From an uncultured delta proteobacterium (lineage in GTDB: Bacteria; Desulfobacterota; BSN033; UBA1163): a DNA stretch of 64,000 nt. The notes beneath the pieces are model-generated. The model was not told the DNA's origin and searched no databases. It saw nothing but the letters and a program-made list of their open reading frames with translations. The stretch is taken from assembly GCA_963827685.1 (NCBI GenBank), contig CAWHBU010000003.1:1056001-1120000 (forward strand), given 5' to 3'. Each line of letters begins with the position of its first letter. Within the stretch, counting starts at the first letter, position 1. Shown in pieces: positions 29,576 through 39,838 of the stretch. The position numbers were made by a program, and so were the translations under genes.

Positions 29576-29730
29576 TCGTAAGTCTTTGGGCTTTATGGGA
29601 TTCTACTAAATTCAAGATAGGTAGGTCAATGAAGAGTTTATTTCTGAATCGGCAAAGGATTTTTCTTCGGGTGAAAGGCGTCTTTGTCGGATCCTTGCAA
29701 CGTCAGACTTGATGATGTGGTGCGGGTTTT

Positions 29731-30159
29731 TTACTTTTCAATAAATTTCAAGATGGAATCACAGTATTTTACGTGCTGCCCAACGGCCTCGCCCACTGAC
29801 TTGTAGATGATATCTTGCCTCGTATTATTGTACTCATGAACCAAACGATTTCTTAACCCAGCACTGGGGGCAATTTGCTTGGCAAACTCCTCACCATAAA
29901 TTCCCAGTTGAGAGAGAACATAAAAAGTATCTTCATAGCCCCTCACCCGCTCATCACCTCTTCCGAGTTCAGCAATCATGTGTTGATTAATATCAATCGC
30001 TCGCATAATAATTTTTTCTATCAACCGCTCCACAGCCAAAAATTTAATATGGTCTCTGGAAATTTCGTCAAACGAATAGTGGACAAGGCGGTCTAATTCA
30101 GACAGGTCTTCCTGAATCAGCTTAATTTTTCTTCGAACAAAATGAATATCAATGGGCAT
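29731..30159 (-). CDS. HEPN (DUF86) toxin of a HEPN-MNT module
   Basis: RNRLVHEY (Rx4H motif). Confidence 0.9.
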   Translation of the reverse strand: MPIDIHFVRRKIKLIQEDLSELDRLVHYSFDEISRDHIKFLAVERLIEKIIMRAIDINQHMIAELGRGDERVRGYEDTFYVLSQLGIYGEEFAKQIAPSAGLRNRLVHEYNNTRQDIIYKSVGEAVGQHVKYCDSILKFIEK

Positions 30160-30577
30160 ATTTTTGGTTGAGATAATTTTGAAACTTTTGAATTAATATT
30201 TTTTCCAAATGGAATAAATCTCTGCTGTCAAAATAATTAGAAAAAGCATAGGCCTTAAACTCATTGAAATCAGTAAGATCCCCATAAATCAATTGGCTGT
30301 TCTTGACAACCTGGTAGCAAAAAAGGGGGTCAACTTTATGAAGTGATTTGACGTCTAATTCACGTTGAGGATTATCCCCAAAGATTTCTGCCAAATCACT
30401 GTAGATGGCCAACAATTCTTCAAATTCAATCGGTTTTTCCCCGAGAAGAGCTATGTCTAAATCACTGCCCGTTTTCATTTTGCCGGTAGCATAAGAGCCG
30501 TGAATCAAAATGAACTTTAAACGGTATTTCCTGCCAACTTCTTCAACTTTATGTTGCTGTTCTTGAGTTAAGTGCAT
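30149..30577 (-). CDS. Minimal nucleotidyltransferase (MNT) antitoxin
   Basis: GSYATG...SDLDIA; overlaps the HEPN start. Confidence 0.9.
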   Translation of the reverse strand: MHLTQEQQHKVEEVGRKYRLKFILIHGSYATGKMKTGSDLDIALLGEKPIEFEELLAIYSDLAEIFGDNPQRELDVKSLHKVDPLFCYQVVKNSQLIYGDLTDFNEFKAYAFSNYFDSRDLFHLEKILIQKFQNYLNQKYAH

Positions 30578-30729
30578 GGCCTGACCACGGACTGAGGTAA
30601 AACTATTTTTTATGAAACTATACCATTTCTCAAAAAAGAGCAACAGAAAAATAGGAGGGGTGAAAAATACGTCAAATCGAAGGTGAGAAATTAAATTATA
30701 CTCTCATAAATAAGTTTCCATAGCGAGGC

Positions 30730-30827
30730 GTCATTGCGAACGAAGTGAAGCAATCCCATGAGATTGCCACGCTTGCGCGCCGTAGCGCTTCAGCGCGCAG
30801 GCACGTCGCTATGCTCCTCGCAATGAC
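30730..30827. repeat. GTCATTGCG...CGCAATGAC palindromic repeat, inverted copy of 26254-26351
   Basis: Same nested GCCGTAGCGCTTCAGCGCGCAGGC insert; flank TCATAAATAAGTT matches the MITE subterminal sequence. Confidence 0.82.
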
Positions 30828-30843
30828 TACCTTTGAAGAACTT

Positions 30844-31236
30844 CTATTTGATGGGCCACTCTCCTCTTTCCTTCAGGACGTCCCGGTAAACATGAAGGGC
30901 TTCATTCACAGCAGGCATTCCCGCGTAGGTGGCCAGTTGGAAAAAGATCTCAGCAAGCTTTCTTGGGTCACAGCCGACATTCAATGCGGCATTCACATGG
31001 AGTTTTAATTCATCCGTGGCGCCCAGTGCCGCCAGCATGGCACACGCAGCCATCTGCCTTTCGGGCAGAGTCAACACTGTTCTGGAATAGAGGTTGCCCG
31101 TGATAAAAAGGGAAAAATCGTTGGCAAGGTCTCTGTCAAATTCCTTCCACATCAGATAAGGGGGATCCATCTTGATCCCTTTACCAAACAGCCGATTGGC
31201 TGTCTCTTTAGTCTTTTTTCTTAATTCGTCATCCAC
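30844..31236 (-). CDS. Carboxymuconolactone decarboxylase family protein
   Basis: SRTVLTLPERQ...ELKLHVNAALNVG...YAGMPA. Confidence 0.88.
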   Translation of the reverse strand: MDDELRKKTKETANRLFGKGIKMDPPYLMWKEFDRDLANDFSLFITGNLYSRTVLTLPERQMAACAMLAALGATDELKLHVNAALNVGCDPRKLAEIFFQLATYAGMPAVNEALHVYRDVLKERGEWPIK

Positions 31237-31274
31237 AATAAGAATCCTCCTTCAATCATTTTATCCTTCAAGAC

Positions 31275-32576
31275 TTAAACATTCTTGAAGGCGTTGTCAG
31301 AGGCTTCGATGGTCTTATCCAGATCCTTTTGGCTATGGGCCAGGGAAATGAACCAAGCTTCGAATTGGGAGGGAGGGAGATAAATACCCTGATCCATCAT
31401 CTCGATAAAGAACCGCGCAAATCGCCTCGTATCGCTCAACTTGGCAGTGCGATAATCCTTGACCGGACCCTCTGTAAAAAAGAGGGTAAACATCCCTGCG
31501 GCTCGATTGATGGAAAAAGGAATTCCATTTTCCTCTGCCATTTCAGAAATGTTTTCTGTCAAGTACGATGTCTTCTTGTCTAACTCCTGATAAACCTTTT
31601 TTGACCTTAAAAGCCTCAATGTCTCAATCCCTGCGGTCATGGCCAGAGGATTTCCGGAGAGCGTCCCGGCTTGATAGACCCCTCCAAGAGGAGACACCGT
31701 CTCCATCATCGCTTTCTTCCCACCATAGGCTCCAACCGGAAGACCCCCTCCGATAATCTTCCCGAGGCAAGTCATATCGGCTCTGATTTCGTACAGCTCT
31801 TGGGCACCTCCATAGGCCGCTCTGAATCCGGTAATCACTTCATCAAAAATGAGAAGAATTCCTTTCTCGTCGCAAATCTTTCTCAGCCCCTCTAAGAATC
31901 CTCTTGCAGGCAGGACCACTCCCATATTTCCTGCAATGGGTTCCACAATGATGCAGGCAATCTGCTCTGGATATTGACTGACCAGGGCTCTTACACTTTC
32001 CAGATCATTATAGGTTGCGGTCAAGGTATGTTTTGCCAGATCCCCTGGAATACCGAGGCTATCAGGAATACCGAAGGTGGTCGCACCGGAGCCTGCCTTG
32101 ACCAGCAGACTATCAGCGTGGCCGTGGTAGCATCCTTCGAATTTGATTATTTTAACCTTCCCTGTGTAACCTCTTGCCACGCGAATCGCACTCATCACGG
32201 CTTCGGTGCCAGAACTCACCATTCTCACCAATTCCATGGAGGGAAAGGCCGTCTTCACTTTAATGGCAAGTTCCACTTCCAGAGGAGTGGGGGCACCGTA
32301 ACTCGTTCCCTTGGAGATAGCTTTTTTGAGCGCTGCCAGAACCTTCGGGTGGGCGTGCCCCAGGATCATGGGTCCCCACGACCCTACGTAATCAATATAT
32401 TCATTGCCGTCCACATCGAAAATTTTCGATCCTATGGCCCGCTCAATGAAGCTGGGTGGAACGCCGATGGCCTTAAAGGCCCTGACCGGGCTGTTCACCC
32501 CACCTGGAATGATCTCCCATGCTCGATGATAGAGTCCGATCGATTTTTTTCTGCTCATCTCCAATCTCCTCATCAT
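31275..32576 (-). CDS. hemL: Glutamate-1-semialdehyde 2,1-aminomutase
   Basis: [31 protein letters not shown] and [10 protein letters not shown] motifs. Confidence 0.97.
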   Translation of the reverse strand: MMRRLEMSRKKSIGLYHRAWEIIPGGVNSPVRAFKAIGVPPSFIERAIGSKIFDVDGNEYIDYVGSWGPMILGHAHPKVLAALKKAISKGTSYGAPTPLEVELAIKVKTAFPSMELVRMVSSGTEAVMSAIRVARGYTGKVKIIKFEGCYHGHADSLLVKAGSGATTFGIPDSLGIPGDLAKHTLTATYNDLESVRALVSQYPEQIACIIVEPIAGNMGVVLPARGFLEGLRKICDEKGILLIFDEVITGFRAAYGGAQELYEIRADMTCLGKIIGGGLPVGAYGGKKAMMETVSPLGGVYQAGTLSGNPLAMTAGIETLRLLRSKKVYQELDKKTSYLTENISEMAEENGIPFSINRAAGMFTLFFTEGPVKDYRTAKLSDTRRFARFFIEMMDQGIYLPPSQFEAWFISLAHSQKDLDKTIEASDNAFKNV

Positions 32577-33334
32577 TCCTCGGCGGCCACTTCATTGCTG
32601 AGAGTACCGATTCCTTCAATCACCACATCGATCTTATCGCCGATGGCCATCGGACCAATTCCAGAAGGCGTGCCCGTGGCGATCACATCCCCTGGCAGGA
32701 GCGTCATCACACGTGAGATGAAACTCACCAGTTGACGAGGACCAAAGATGAGGTTCTTGGTATTGGAATGCTGACGTCTCTCTCCGTTCAGATAACTCGA
32801 CACGTCCAAATGATGAGGGTCGATGTCCGTCACAATCCAAGGACCGATGGGAGCAAAGGTATCGAAACCTTTTGCCGTCGTCCACTGACCGTTCTGGGGC
32901 TGCAGATCCCTGGCGGTCACATCGTTCAAACAGGTATATCCAAGGATATAATCAGCTGACCTTTCCTCCGAAACATTCTTTGCTGCTTTTCCAATCACCA
33001 CCGCCAACTCCGCTTCGTAATCCACCCTCTTAGACATCTTCGGGTAGATGATCGCTTCTCCCGGACCGATAACAGACGTGGAAGGTTTGAGAAAGAGAAG
33101 AGGTTCTTTAGGAATGACGAGCTTCATCTCTTCGGCATGATCCCGGTAGTTCAAACCCAAGGCAACAATCTTTGAAGGGAGACAGGGTGGCAGAAGTTTC
33201 ACCTCCCCCATTTTTTTCATCTTGGAGGTCAGATGAAAATGGCTAAACGGATCTCCATCCATTTCACGAACAGAATCTCCCTCGATCACTCCCCAATTGA
33301 TTTTGGACTCGGCTTCATATCTGATGATCTTCAT
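32573..33334 (-). CDS. Fumarylacetoacetate hydrolase family protein
   Basis: [20 protein letters not shown] and TGTPSG motifs. Confidence 0.93.
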   Translation of the reverse strand: MKIIRYEAESKINWGVIEGDSVREMDGDPFSHFHLTSKMKKMGEVKLLPPCLPSKIVALGLNYRDHAEEMKLVIPKEPLLFLKPSTSVIGPGEAIIYPKMSKRVDYEAELAVVIGKAAKNVSEERSADYILGYTCLNDVTARDLQPQNGQWTTAKGFDTFAPIGPWIVTDIDPHHLDVSSYLNGERRQHSNTKNLIFGPRQLVSFISRVMTLLPGDVIATGTPSGIGPMAIGDKIDVVIEGIGTLSNEVAAEE

Positions 33335-33364
33335 CCTGATCTCCTATTGGAAAAAGAAAATATT

Positions 33365-33545
33365 AAATGGCAAATTCCAAATGAATGTCACCCTTGAACC
33401 TTGGCCTGATGGAGATCAGGCTTGTTTCAGGGTCTGGTTTTTAGAGATGCTGAAATAAATTCAGCATGACTTTTTAAGAATTTGAACTTTGCCTGCCTGC
33501 CGAGGCCTCGGCACAGGCAGGGATTTTGGCATTTGACATTTTGGG
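33365..33545. repeat. Compound intergenic repeat: inverted 7-mer arrays enclosing two nested palindromes
   Basis: AAATGGC/AAATTCC ... TTTGGCA/TTTGACA around GATGCTGAAATAAATTCAGCATGAC and CCTGCC...GGCAGG (33492-33521). Confidence 0.7.
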
Positions 33546-33547
33546 GG

Positions 33548-34351
33548 TTACTTCAATCCCAACACATCCTGCATATCGTAAAGCCCATTGGGCTGATTCA
33601 CCACCCAGAGGGCTGCCCTGATTGCCCCACGGGCAAAATTATCTCGGCTGTGCGCGCGGTGGATAATCTCTAATCGTTCACCAATCCCTCCGAAGAGCAC
33701 AGTGTGTTCTCCTACAATATCCCCTGCCCGAATCACCTGCATCCCGATCTCTTCTTTTGTCCTCTCGCCCACCATCCCTTTTCTGCCATAGACTCCTACC
33801 TGGCTGAAATTTCTTCCCACGGCTTGGGCAACCAACTCTCCCAATTTCACGGCCGTGCCGCTGGGAGAATCCTTCTTCAGCCGATGATGAGCCTCAAAAA
33901 TTTCTATGTCATACTCCGAACCCAATACCTGAGCAACCTCTTGAACAATCCTGAACATGACATTCACCCCTACACTCATATTGGGCGAAAAAACACACCG
34001 GACGCTTTTCGCAAGATCCTTGATCCTCTCAATCTGCTCCAGACTTAAACCGGTTGTGCCAATGACCACGGCTAAACCCGTTTCTTTAGCACACTCCAAA
34101 CTCTCTATGGAAGTTTTGGGATTGGTAAAGTTAATGATCACATCCCCTCCCACCTTCTTCAAATCCCCTTCCAGGGGGATATTCATTTTCCCCAATCCGA
34201 TGACTTCTCCAATATCTTTCCCAATGGACGGATGATCTGATCTCTCGATGGCCTGGTGGAGGGCAATCGAAGGGGTTTCGTTAATGATATGAATAATGCG
34301 GCTCCCCATTTTCCCGGCTGCGCCAACAACAATGGCCTTGATCTCTTTCAT
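33548..34351 (-). CDS. dapB: 4-hydroxy-tetrahydrodipicolinate reductase
   Basis: GAAGKMG, GTTG and EAHHRLKKDSPSGTA motifs. Confidence 0.97.
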   Translation of the reverse strand: MKEIKAIVVGAAGKMGSRIIHIINETPSIALHQAIERSDHPSIGKDIGEVIGLGKMNIPLEGDLKKVGGDVIINFTNPKTSIESLECAKETGLAVVIGTTGLSLEQIERIKDLAKSVRCVFSPNMSVGVNVMFRIVQEVAQVLGSEYDIEIFEAHHRLKKDSPSGTAVKLGELVAQAVGRNFSQVGVYGRKGMVGERTKEEIGMQVIRAGDIVGEHTVLFGGIGERLEIIHRAHSRDNFARGAIRAALWVVNQPNGLYDMQDVLGLK

Positions 34352-35172
34352 TGATAGGCCTCCTCCCACATCTCCGCCTCATAGATGATGTGGACATCTC
34401 CCTCAAAAAAAACTCTTTTTACCTCCCCGGCTTCGATCTCGAAATAAACCGCCAATACCTCGCCGCCCCTGGTCTTAATCGATACTGGAGATTTTACCAG
34501 CCCCTTGAAGGCAGCAATCAATGCCGAGGCAACCGCCCCTGTGCCGCAGGCAAGGGTCTCGTCCTCCACTCCCCGTTCATAGGTACGGACGGATAATTGA
34601 GAACCCTTCTCAAACTGGACAAAATCTGCATTGGTTCCACTCGGTGAAAAAAAAGAATGATACCGAATCCCCCTTCCAATTCGAATGATATCCAACTCTT
34701 CAAGATTTTCTACAAAAAGAACGGCATGGGGAACGCCTGTGTTAAGGCATGAAAAAATCTTTTCCTCTCCATCGATGAGTATGGTTTCATCGAGTTTTAG
34801 ACCAAAGGGTTTAGTCATCTCAAGTTTCACTTTTTTCCCATCCACCTGGGCAGAAAGGATCCCGGCTAATGTTTCAAATTTCAAAGAGGGACCTGCGATC
34901 CCCTTTAAATAGGCAAAACGGGCAGCACAACGACCGCCGTTACCGCACATTTCTGGTTCACTTCCATCCGCATTATAGAAACGCCACTTGAAATCGGCTT
35001 TCTTGGATCGCTCGATCAGGATGAGACCATCGGCCCCCACAGAGATTCTTCTTTGACAGACTTTTCGGACGAGGTCTTTCAGACCATCCTCTTTCAGAAA
35101 GGGTTCCCGATAATCGATGAGGATAAAGTCATTACCACTTCCGCTCATCTTCATAAAAGGAATTCTTTTCAA
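34348..35172 (-). CDS. dapF: Diaminopimelate epimerase
   Basis: GSGNDF, EMCGNG and ERGVEDETLACGTG motifs. Confidence 0.97.
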   Translation of the reverse strand: MKRIPFMKMSGSGNDFILIDYREPFLKEDGLKDLVRKVCQRRISVGADGLILIERSKKADFKWRFYNADGSEPEMCGNGGRCAARFAYLKGIAGPSLKFETLAGILSAQVDGKKVKLEMTKPFGLKLDETILIDGEEKIFSCLNTGVPHAVLFVENLEELDIIRIGRGIRYHSFFSPSGTNADFVQFEKGSQLSVRTYERGVEDETLACGTGAVASALIAAFKGLVKSPVSIKTRGGEVLAVYFEIEAGEVKRVFFEGDVHIIYEAEMWEEAYQ

Positions 35173-35240
35173 CCGTTAACCTCCGTCTGTAGAGACTTGG
35201 TTCAAATCAAGATACTCGATCAATATAATCATTGAGCAAT

Positions 35241-35363
35241 AAATCCCAAATCTCAAATCCCAAATTCCAAATAATGTTTCAATAACCAAATCCCCATCAC
35301 CAAAACTTTTGGAAATTGATGATTGGAGCTTATTTGGGATTTGTTGTTTGGAATTTGGTGCTT
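35241..35363. repeat. Inverted pair of 7-mer tandem arrays
   Basis: AAATCCC AAATCTC AAATCCC AAATTCC ... TTTGGGA TTTGTTG TTTGGAA TTTGGTG. Confidence 0.8.
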
Positions 35364-35378
35364 ATTCACGACAAATCC

Positions 35379-36641
35379 TTATGGACGAGTCAGAAACTCC
35401 GGAATCTTCTCTCCCCGAACAAGATCCTCATACCCTTCTCTCTGGCGGATGACAAACATCTGATCATCCCGAACCAGAACCTCAGCGATCCTGGGCCTTG
35501 AGTTGTAATTCGTGGACATGGAAAACCCATAGGCACCCGCACTCATCAGGGCAATCAGTTCACCGGCACGGAGATTTGGGATCTTTCGCCCCTTTGCTAA
35601 AAAGTCACTCGACTCGCAAATGGGACCCACGACATCAGCCACGATCTCCTCCCGGGCTTCCTCCTTTACAGGAAGGATCTGGTGGTAGGAGCCGTAATAA
35701 CTGGGTCGGACCAGATCGTTCATGCCTGCATCCACGATCACGAACCGTTTTTCTTCATTCTCTTTTCTGTAGAGAACTTTTGAGACCAAGATCCCTGCAT
35801 TCCCGACAATGACCCGACCTGGCTCCAGGATAAGGGTACAGCCGAATCCACGGATTTCTTCAAGGATGGTGGAGGCGTATTCTACGGGATGGGGAGGCTC
35901 TTCATCCTCATAAGTGATCCCGAGGCCCCCTCCCAAATCCAGATATTGAATCTCTATGCCTTCCTTCCTCAAGTTTTCGACCAGTTGTTTGAGTTTTTTC
36001 AAAGCCTCGATAACGGGCTCAACCTCGACCAATTGGGATCCGATATGACAATCAATTCCCAAAATCTTGAGATTTGGCAATTGGGAGGCAAGACGGTAAG
36101 CCATTGGTGCGCGAAGGATGTCAATCCCAAATTTAGTCTGTTTCAACCCGGTCGAGATATAGGGGTGTGTCTTGGCATCGATGTCAGGGTTGACCCGGAT
36201 GGCGATCGCCGCTTTTTTGCCAATTCGGCCTGCCACCTCGTTGATCACCTGAAGTTCCTGAGAAGATTCCACATTGAACATGAGGATACCCGTTTTCAAG
36301 GCATATTCTATTTCATCCTCTCTTTTCCCAACCCCTGAATAGACAATCTTTTGTGGAACCGCTCCACCTTTGAGGGCCCGGTAGAGTTCCCCTCCGGAGA
36401 CCACATCCACTCCTCCGCCCAAGTTGACGAAGAGACGGAGAAGGGCCAGATTGGAATTGGCCTTCGCAGAATAACAAATGAGATGAGCCATCCCTTTGAA
36501 GGCCTCATCGAAAACGGTGAAATGTCTGACTAAAGTTTGATAACTGTAAAGATAGAAAGGGGTACCCACTTTTTCAGCAATTTGCTGAATAGGAATCCCC
36601 TCACAGTGAAGCTGATGATTCCTATATTCAAAGAAATGCAT
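35379..36641 (-). CDS. lysA: Diaminopimelate decarboxylase
   Basis: YSAKANS, HPYISTG, HIGSQ, EPGR and GPICESSD motifs. Confidence 0.97.
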   Translation of the reverse strand: MHFFEYRNHQLHCEGIPIQQIAEKVGTPFYLYSYQTLVRHFTVFDEAFKGMAHLICYSAKANSNLALLRLFVNLGGGVDVVSGGELYRALKGGAVPQKIVYSGVGKREDEIEYALKTGILMFNVESSQELQVINEVAGRIGKKAAIAIRVNPDIDAKTHPYISTGLKQTKFGIDILRAPMAYRLASQLPNLKILGIDCHIGSQLVEVEPVIEALKKLKQLVENLRKEGIEIQYLDLGGGLGITYEDEEPPHPVEYASTILEEIRGFGCTLILEPGRVIVGNAGILVSKVLYRKENEEKRFVIVDAGMNDLVRPSYYGSYHQILPVKEEAREEIVADVVGPICESSDFLAKGRKIPNLRAGELIALMSAGAYGFSMSTNYNSRPRIAEVLVRDDQMFVIRQREGYEDLVRGEKIPEFLTRP

Positions 36642-36653
36642 CCCTTCCTCCAA

Positions 36654-36761
36654 TTGCGGAATGCAGAATGCGGAATGCGGATTGGAACATAGAAGAGTTA
36701 AATCTAAGAAATTGGTTCTTAATTTTTTTCGTTCCGAACTCCGAATTCCGAAATCCGCATT
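36654..36761. repeat. Inverted pair of 7-mer tandem arrays
   Basis: TGCGGAA TGCAGAA TGCGGAA TGCGGAT ... TTCCGAA CTCCGAA TTCCGAA ATCCGCA. Confidence 0.8.
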
Positions 36762-37797
36762 AATATTGGTACCTCACCCTCACCTCTTCGGAGGGTGCAC
36801 TTTCATTTCTTCGCGAAGAATTATCCACTGCTTTAACAGCATATTCATAATCTTGCCCTAACTCGACATGGGTATCAAGATAGGTCTCTTTGGTCAGGGG
36901 ACTCTCGTTCAACCTCTCAAATTGTTGCTCCCCGGGTTTCCTTCGATAGACGTTATACCCAAGAAGGTCGGGCTCGGGATTCCTCCTCCAACTTAATTCG
37001 ATCCCTTCCTTAAGAGGAATTGCCACGAATCCAACAGGAGCACGCGGTGGAGTGATCTTGATCGGAGTTACGGGTAACCCCGGGGATCCCTTTCCCTCTA
37101 CATCGGTCTTGACCACCCTTTTTACTGCCCTCACCGAATAAAGATATTTGATTTCGTTCTGCACACTCAAATCGGTATACTCGGTTACTTTTAGTGGTTC
37201 TCTATTCAATGGATTGAGGGGGAACTCCTCTTCTCCTTCTTTTTTCCTATAAACATCATAGCCTGTAGCCCCCTCCGCAGACTCCCAAAAGAGATCCACT
37301 TTCTTATCCCCGCGCTCCGCCCTTACCATTGTTGGTGAAGCAGGAGGATGATCCCAGTAGACGGTGACCGGATTCGAAGGAGAGCTCGGGTCACCTCTTT
37401 GATTGATTGAAACAACCTCATAGACATAAACCTTTCTTGCCTCTTGATCTTCGAATAAAATGGCCATTCTTTTCTTCTTGGCCTCTTCTTGACTACCCAG
37501 CTTCATCTCATGGATAACCTTCGTCTTCTCTCCGCACCCTCTGCATTCATCTCCAATGAGAACGCCTTCCGACCTTAAAATCTGAAATCTTACTAAGTCG
37601 GTAAGAGGCGAGTTGTCTGTATTTTCTTTAGGAACTGTCCATTCTAAAAGAAGACGACCTTCTCTTGGGATACCCTGAAGATCAACAATTCTTTTAGGAA
37701 CGATCGAGTCCCAAGGCACAGGGGGGCCCTTCTTCGCACAACCACCCACCACCATTATAAAGAGCGTCATCAGTACAGTCTTTTTTATGATACTCAT
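36760..37797 (-). CDS. Fibronectin type III domain lipoprotein
   Basis: Lipobox VGGC-AKKGPP; three FN3-like repeats (W...GYxVYR...Y.Y.V.AV). Confidence 0.85.
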   Translation of the reverse strand: MSIIKKTVLMTLFIMVVGGCAKKGPPVPWDSIVPKRIVDLQGIPREGRLLLEWTVPKENTDNSPLTDLVRFQILRSEGVLIGDECRGCGEKTKVIHEMKLGSQEEAKKKRMAILFEDQEARKVYVYEVVSINQRGDPSSPSNPVTVYWDHPPASPTMVRAERGDKKVDLFWESAEGATGYDVYRKKEGEEEFPLNPLNREPLKVTEYTDLSVQNEIKYLYSVRAVKRVVKTDVEGKGSPGLPVTPIKITPPRAPVGFVAIPLKEGIELSWRRNPEPDLLGYNVYRRKPGEQQFERLNESPLTKETYLDTHVELGQDYEYAVKAVDNSSRRNESAPSEEVRVRYQY

Positions 37798-37823
37798 CTT
37801 TGTTTATCCTTAATTGGCGAATG

Positions 37824-37918
37824 ATGAGGCTAAGGCTTAGGTTAAGGTTAAGGATCTTTAAAACCGATTCTAAGCTTTCATTGTTTTTGTGTTCTCAACC
37901 TAAACCTCAACCTTAACC
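37824..37918. repeat. Inverted pair of 6-mer tandem arrays
   Basis: GAGGCT AAGGCT TAGGTT AAGGTT ... AACCTA AACCTC AACCTT. Confidence 0.75.
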
Positions 37919-38641
37919 CTATTTTTCTGATTTTCGCGGTCCGAAGATTGCTGTCCCGACTCGAACATAAGTGGCTCCTTCCTCAATAGCGATCTCAAAG
38001 TCATTGGACATTCCCATAGAGAGTTCCTTCATTGAAATCCCTTCCTTGGCCATCCTTTCCTTCAATTCTCGAAGGGCAATATAATAAGGCCGACCCATTT
38101 CTGGCGAATCGAAATAGGGTGGCATGGTCATCAGTCCTTCTAAGGAGAGATGTTTAAGGCCTCGAATCCTCCTACCGAGATTCAACACCCTCTGCTCATC
38201 TGTCCCAAATTTAGTGGCTTCCTTGGACAGATTTACTTCAATCATTACTCTGATCACCTGATCCGCCTGCTCAGCCCTCCGATTCAATTCCTCAGCCAGG
38301 GGAACGCTGTCTAAACAGTGTATCATATCGAAGAGACGAATGGCATATTTTGCCTTATTCGACTGAAGGTGGCCGATGAAGTGCCAGGATACGGGCCTGC
38401 CTTCGCCGAAACGCTCCGTGCAGGCAGGTCGCCCAATCTCTTCAATCTTTTTTTGTGCCTCCTGGACATAATTTTCGCCCAGGATAGAGGCCCCCGCCTC
38501 AATGGCCTCCTTGATTCGAGCAACCTCCACCGTCTTGGAGACTGCAACCAATTTGATCGTGTTCGGATCTCTCCCTGCTTTTCGAGCAGCCTTCTCTATT
38601 CTCTCCTTCACTCTTAATAAATTCTCTTTAATAGCTGACAT
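37919..38641 (-). CDS. yggS: PLP homeostasis protein YggS (with an 11-aa repeat-derived insert)
   Basis: LVAVSKT, GENYVQE, WHFIGHLQSNK and LSMGMSND motifs. Confidence 0.96.
   Translation of the reverse strand: MSAIKENLLRVKERIEKAARKAGRDPNTIKLVAVSKTVEVARIKEAIEAGASILGENYVQEAQKKIEEIGRPACTERFGEGRPVSWHFIGHLQSNKAKYAIRLFDMIHCLDSVPLAEELNRRAEQADQVIRVMIEVNLSKEATKFGTDEQRVLNLGRRIRGLKHLSLEGLMTMPPYFDSPEMGRPYYIALRELKERMAKEGISMKELSMGMSNDFEIAIEEGATYVRVGTAIFGPRKSEK
38396..38428. repeat. 33-bp CCTGCC...GGCAGG palindromic insert inside yggS
   Basis: Same ends as intergenic 33492-33521; removing it gives EEIGRPVSWHFIG. Confidence 0.85.
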
Positions 38642-38676
38642 TGTAAAAAATCACGAATACAAAACGACGGTATGAT

Positions 38677-38734
38677 GTAGCGTCGGCATTCATTGCCGAC
38701 GGGTTCTCTCGCCCTCAATTAATGAGGGCGCTAC
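38677..38734. repeat. GTAG-type REP doublet, copy 3 (inverted), overlapping the maf 3' end
   Basis: GTAG-CGTCGGCATTCATTGCCGACG...CGCCCTCAATTAATGAGGGCG-CTAC. Confidence 0.88.
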
Positions 38735-39358
38735 ATTTTTCTGATCTGAGATATTTTCAGCCATCAGCCATTTGCCGTCTGCGATTCTGATGGCGCCCAG
38801 ACGACTGAGCATCTGAATCAATTCACACAGGGGAAGACCTACGACATTGGTATAGGACCCCCGGATCGACTCGATCATAAAAGAACCAATCCCCTGAATG
38901 GCGTATCCTCCTGCTTTATCAAAGGACTCCCCCGTCTGCACATACCATTCTATCTCTTCAGGAGTCAGGCTCTTCACTTTTACCGCCGTTTGAACTGTTT
39001 CTTGATCGCTCTTCCTTTTTTCAAAATGGCATACAGAAAACCCGGTCAATACCCAATGCTCTTGACCACTAAGGCGACGCAGCATTCCAATCGCCTCTTC
39101 TTGGTCTTTCGGTTTTCCCAAAATGGACCCATTAATATAAACAATGGTGTCCGCAGCAATCACCCAGCAATCAGGGTATCCATTCGCTACATCTCTGACT
39201 TTGGCCTCAGCTAATCGAATGACATGCTCTTGAGGGGATTCTGTTTGAACAAAATTCTCTGTCACCCTGCTTGGGACCACCTCGAAATCAAAACCCACTT
39301 GTTTTAGCAATTCATATCGACGGGGAGACTTAGAGGCCAGAATGAACCGGTTATTCAT
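38690..39358 (-). CDS. maf: Maf-family nucleotide pyrophosphatase
   Basis: LASKSPRR, AADT, GKP, DKAGGYAIQ and NVVGLP motifs. Confidence 0.95.
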   Translation of the reverse strand: MNNRFILASKSPRRYELLKQVGFDFEVVPSRVTENFVQTESPQEHVIRLAEAKVRDVANGYPDCWVIAADTIVYINGSILGKPKDQEEAIGMLRRLSGQEHWVLTGFSVCHFEKRKSDQETVQTAVKVKSLTPEEIEWYVQTGESFDKAGGYAIQGIGSFMIESIRGSYTNVVGLPLCELIQMLSRLGAIRIADGKWLMAENISDQKNVAPSLIEGERTRRQ

Positions 39359-39462
39359 TTTTTAAAAACTAAATGAATCCAATAGGTTTGTCAAGTTTGA
39401 AATGGAGGGTCCCTTTTTCACTGTAATCCTTCATGACGGGTTCGTCACCCACAAACAATGAA

Positions 39463-39723
39463 AATCCCCCTCAATCCCCCTTTTGCCTGTCTTTGACAGG
39501 AAAAAGATTACAAAGGGGGAGGTTACTCCTCCCTTTCATAAAGGGAGGCGCCGCCGTCCAGAGCCTCATTACTCACGTAAGTGAGGCATTGGGACTCTGG
39601 CGCCGGACGGCTGGGAGGAATTTAAGAAAGCTATTTTCTGAGCAATTGCCTTTTGTCCGTCATTCCTGCGGAAGCAGGAATCCAGATACTAAATTTGTGG
39701 ATGCCCGCTTTCGCGAGCATGAC
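39463..39723. repeat. Cluster of nested palindromic repeats
   Basis: CCCCCTTT/AAAGGGGG hairpins, a nested 62-bp element at 39549-39610, and a GTCATTCC-type repeat at 39659-39723. Confidence 0.75.
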
Positions 39724-39838
39724 AAAGCTGAGATTGGTTCGTCCTTTCTCCCTTTACATTCATCATCTGATAGGCATACTAAAGCGAACGCCTAAAGGAA
39801 AGGAATCTTTCTAATCCCAAAAGGGGACAGAAAAATAC

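Noticed and set aside
30745-31008. 87-aa plus-strand ORF
   Set aside because: It begins in a repeat and runs antisense to the CMD gene
39433-39795. 120-aa ORF between maf and the BKACE gene
   Set aside because: Made almost entirely of nested repeat sequence (PPQSPF, RHSCGSRNP)
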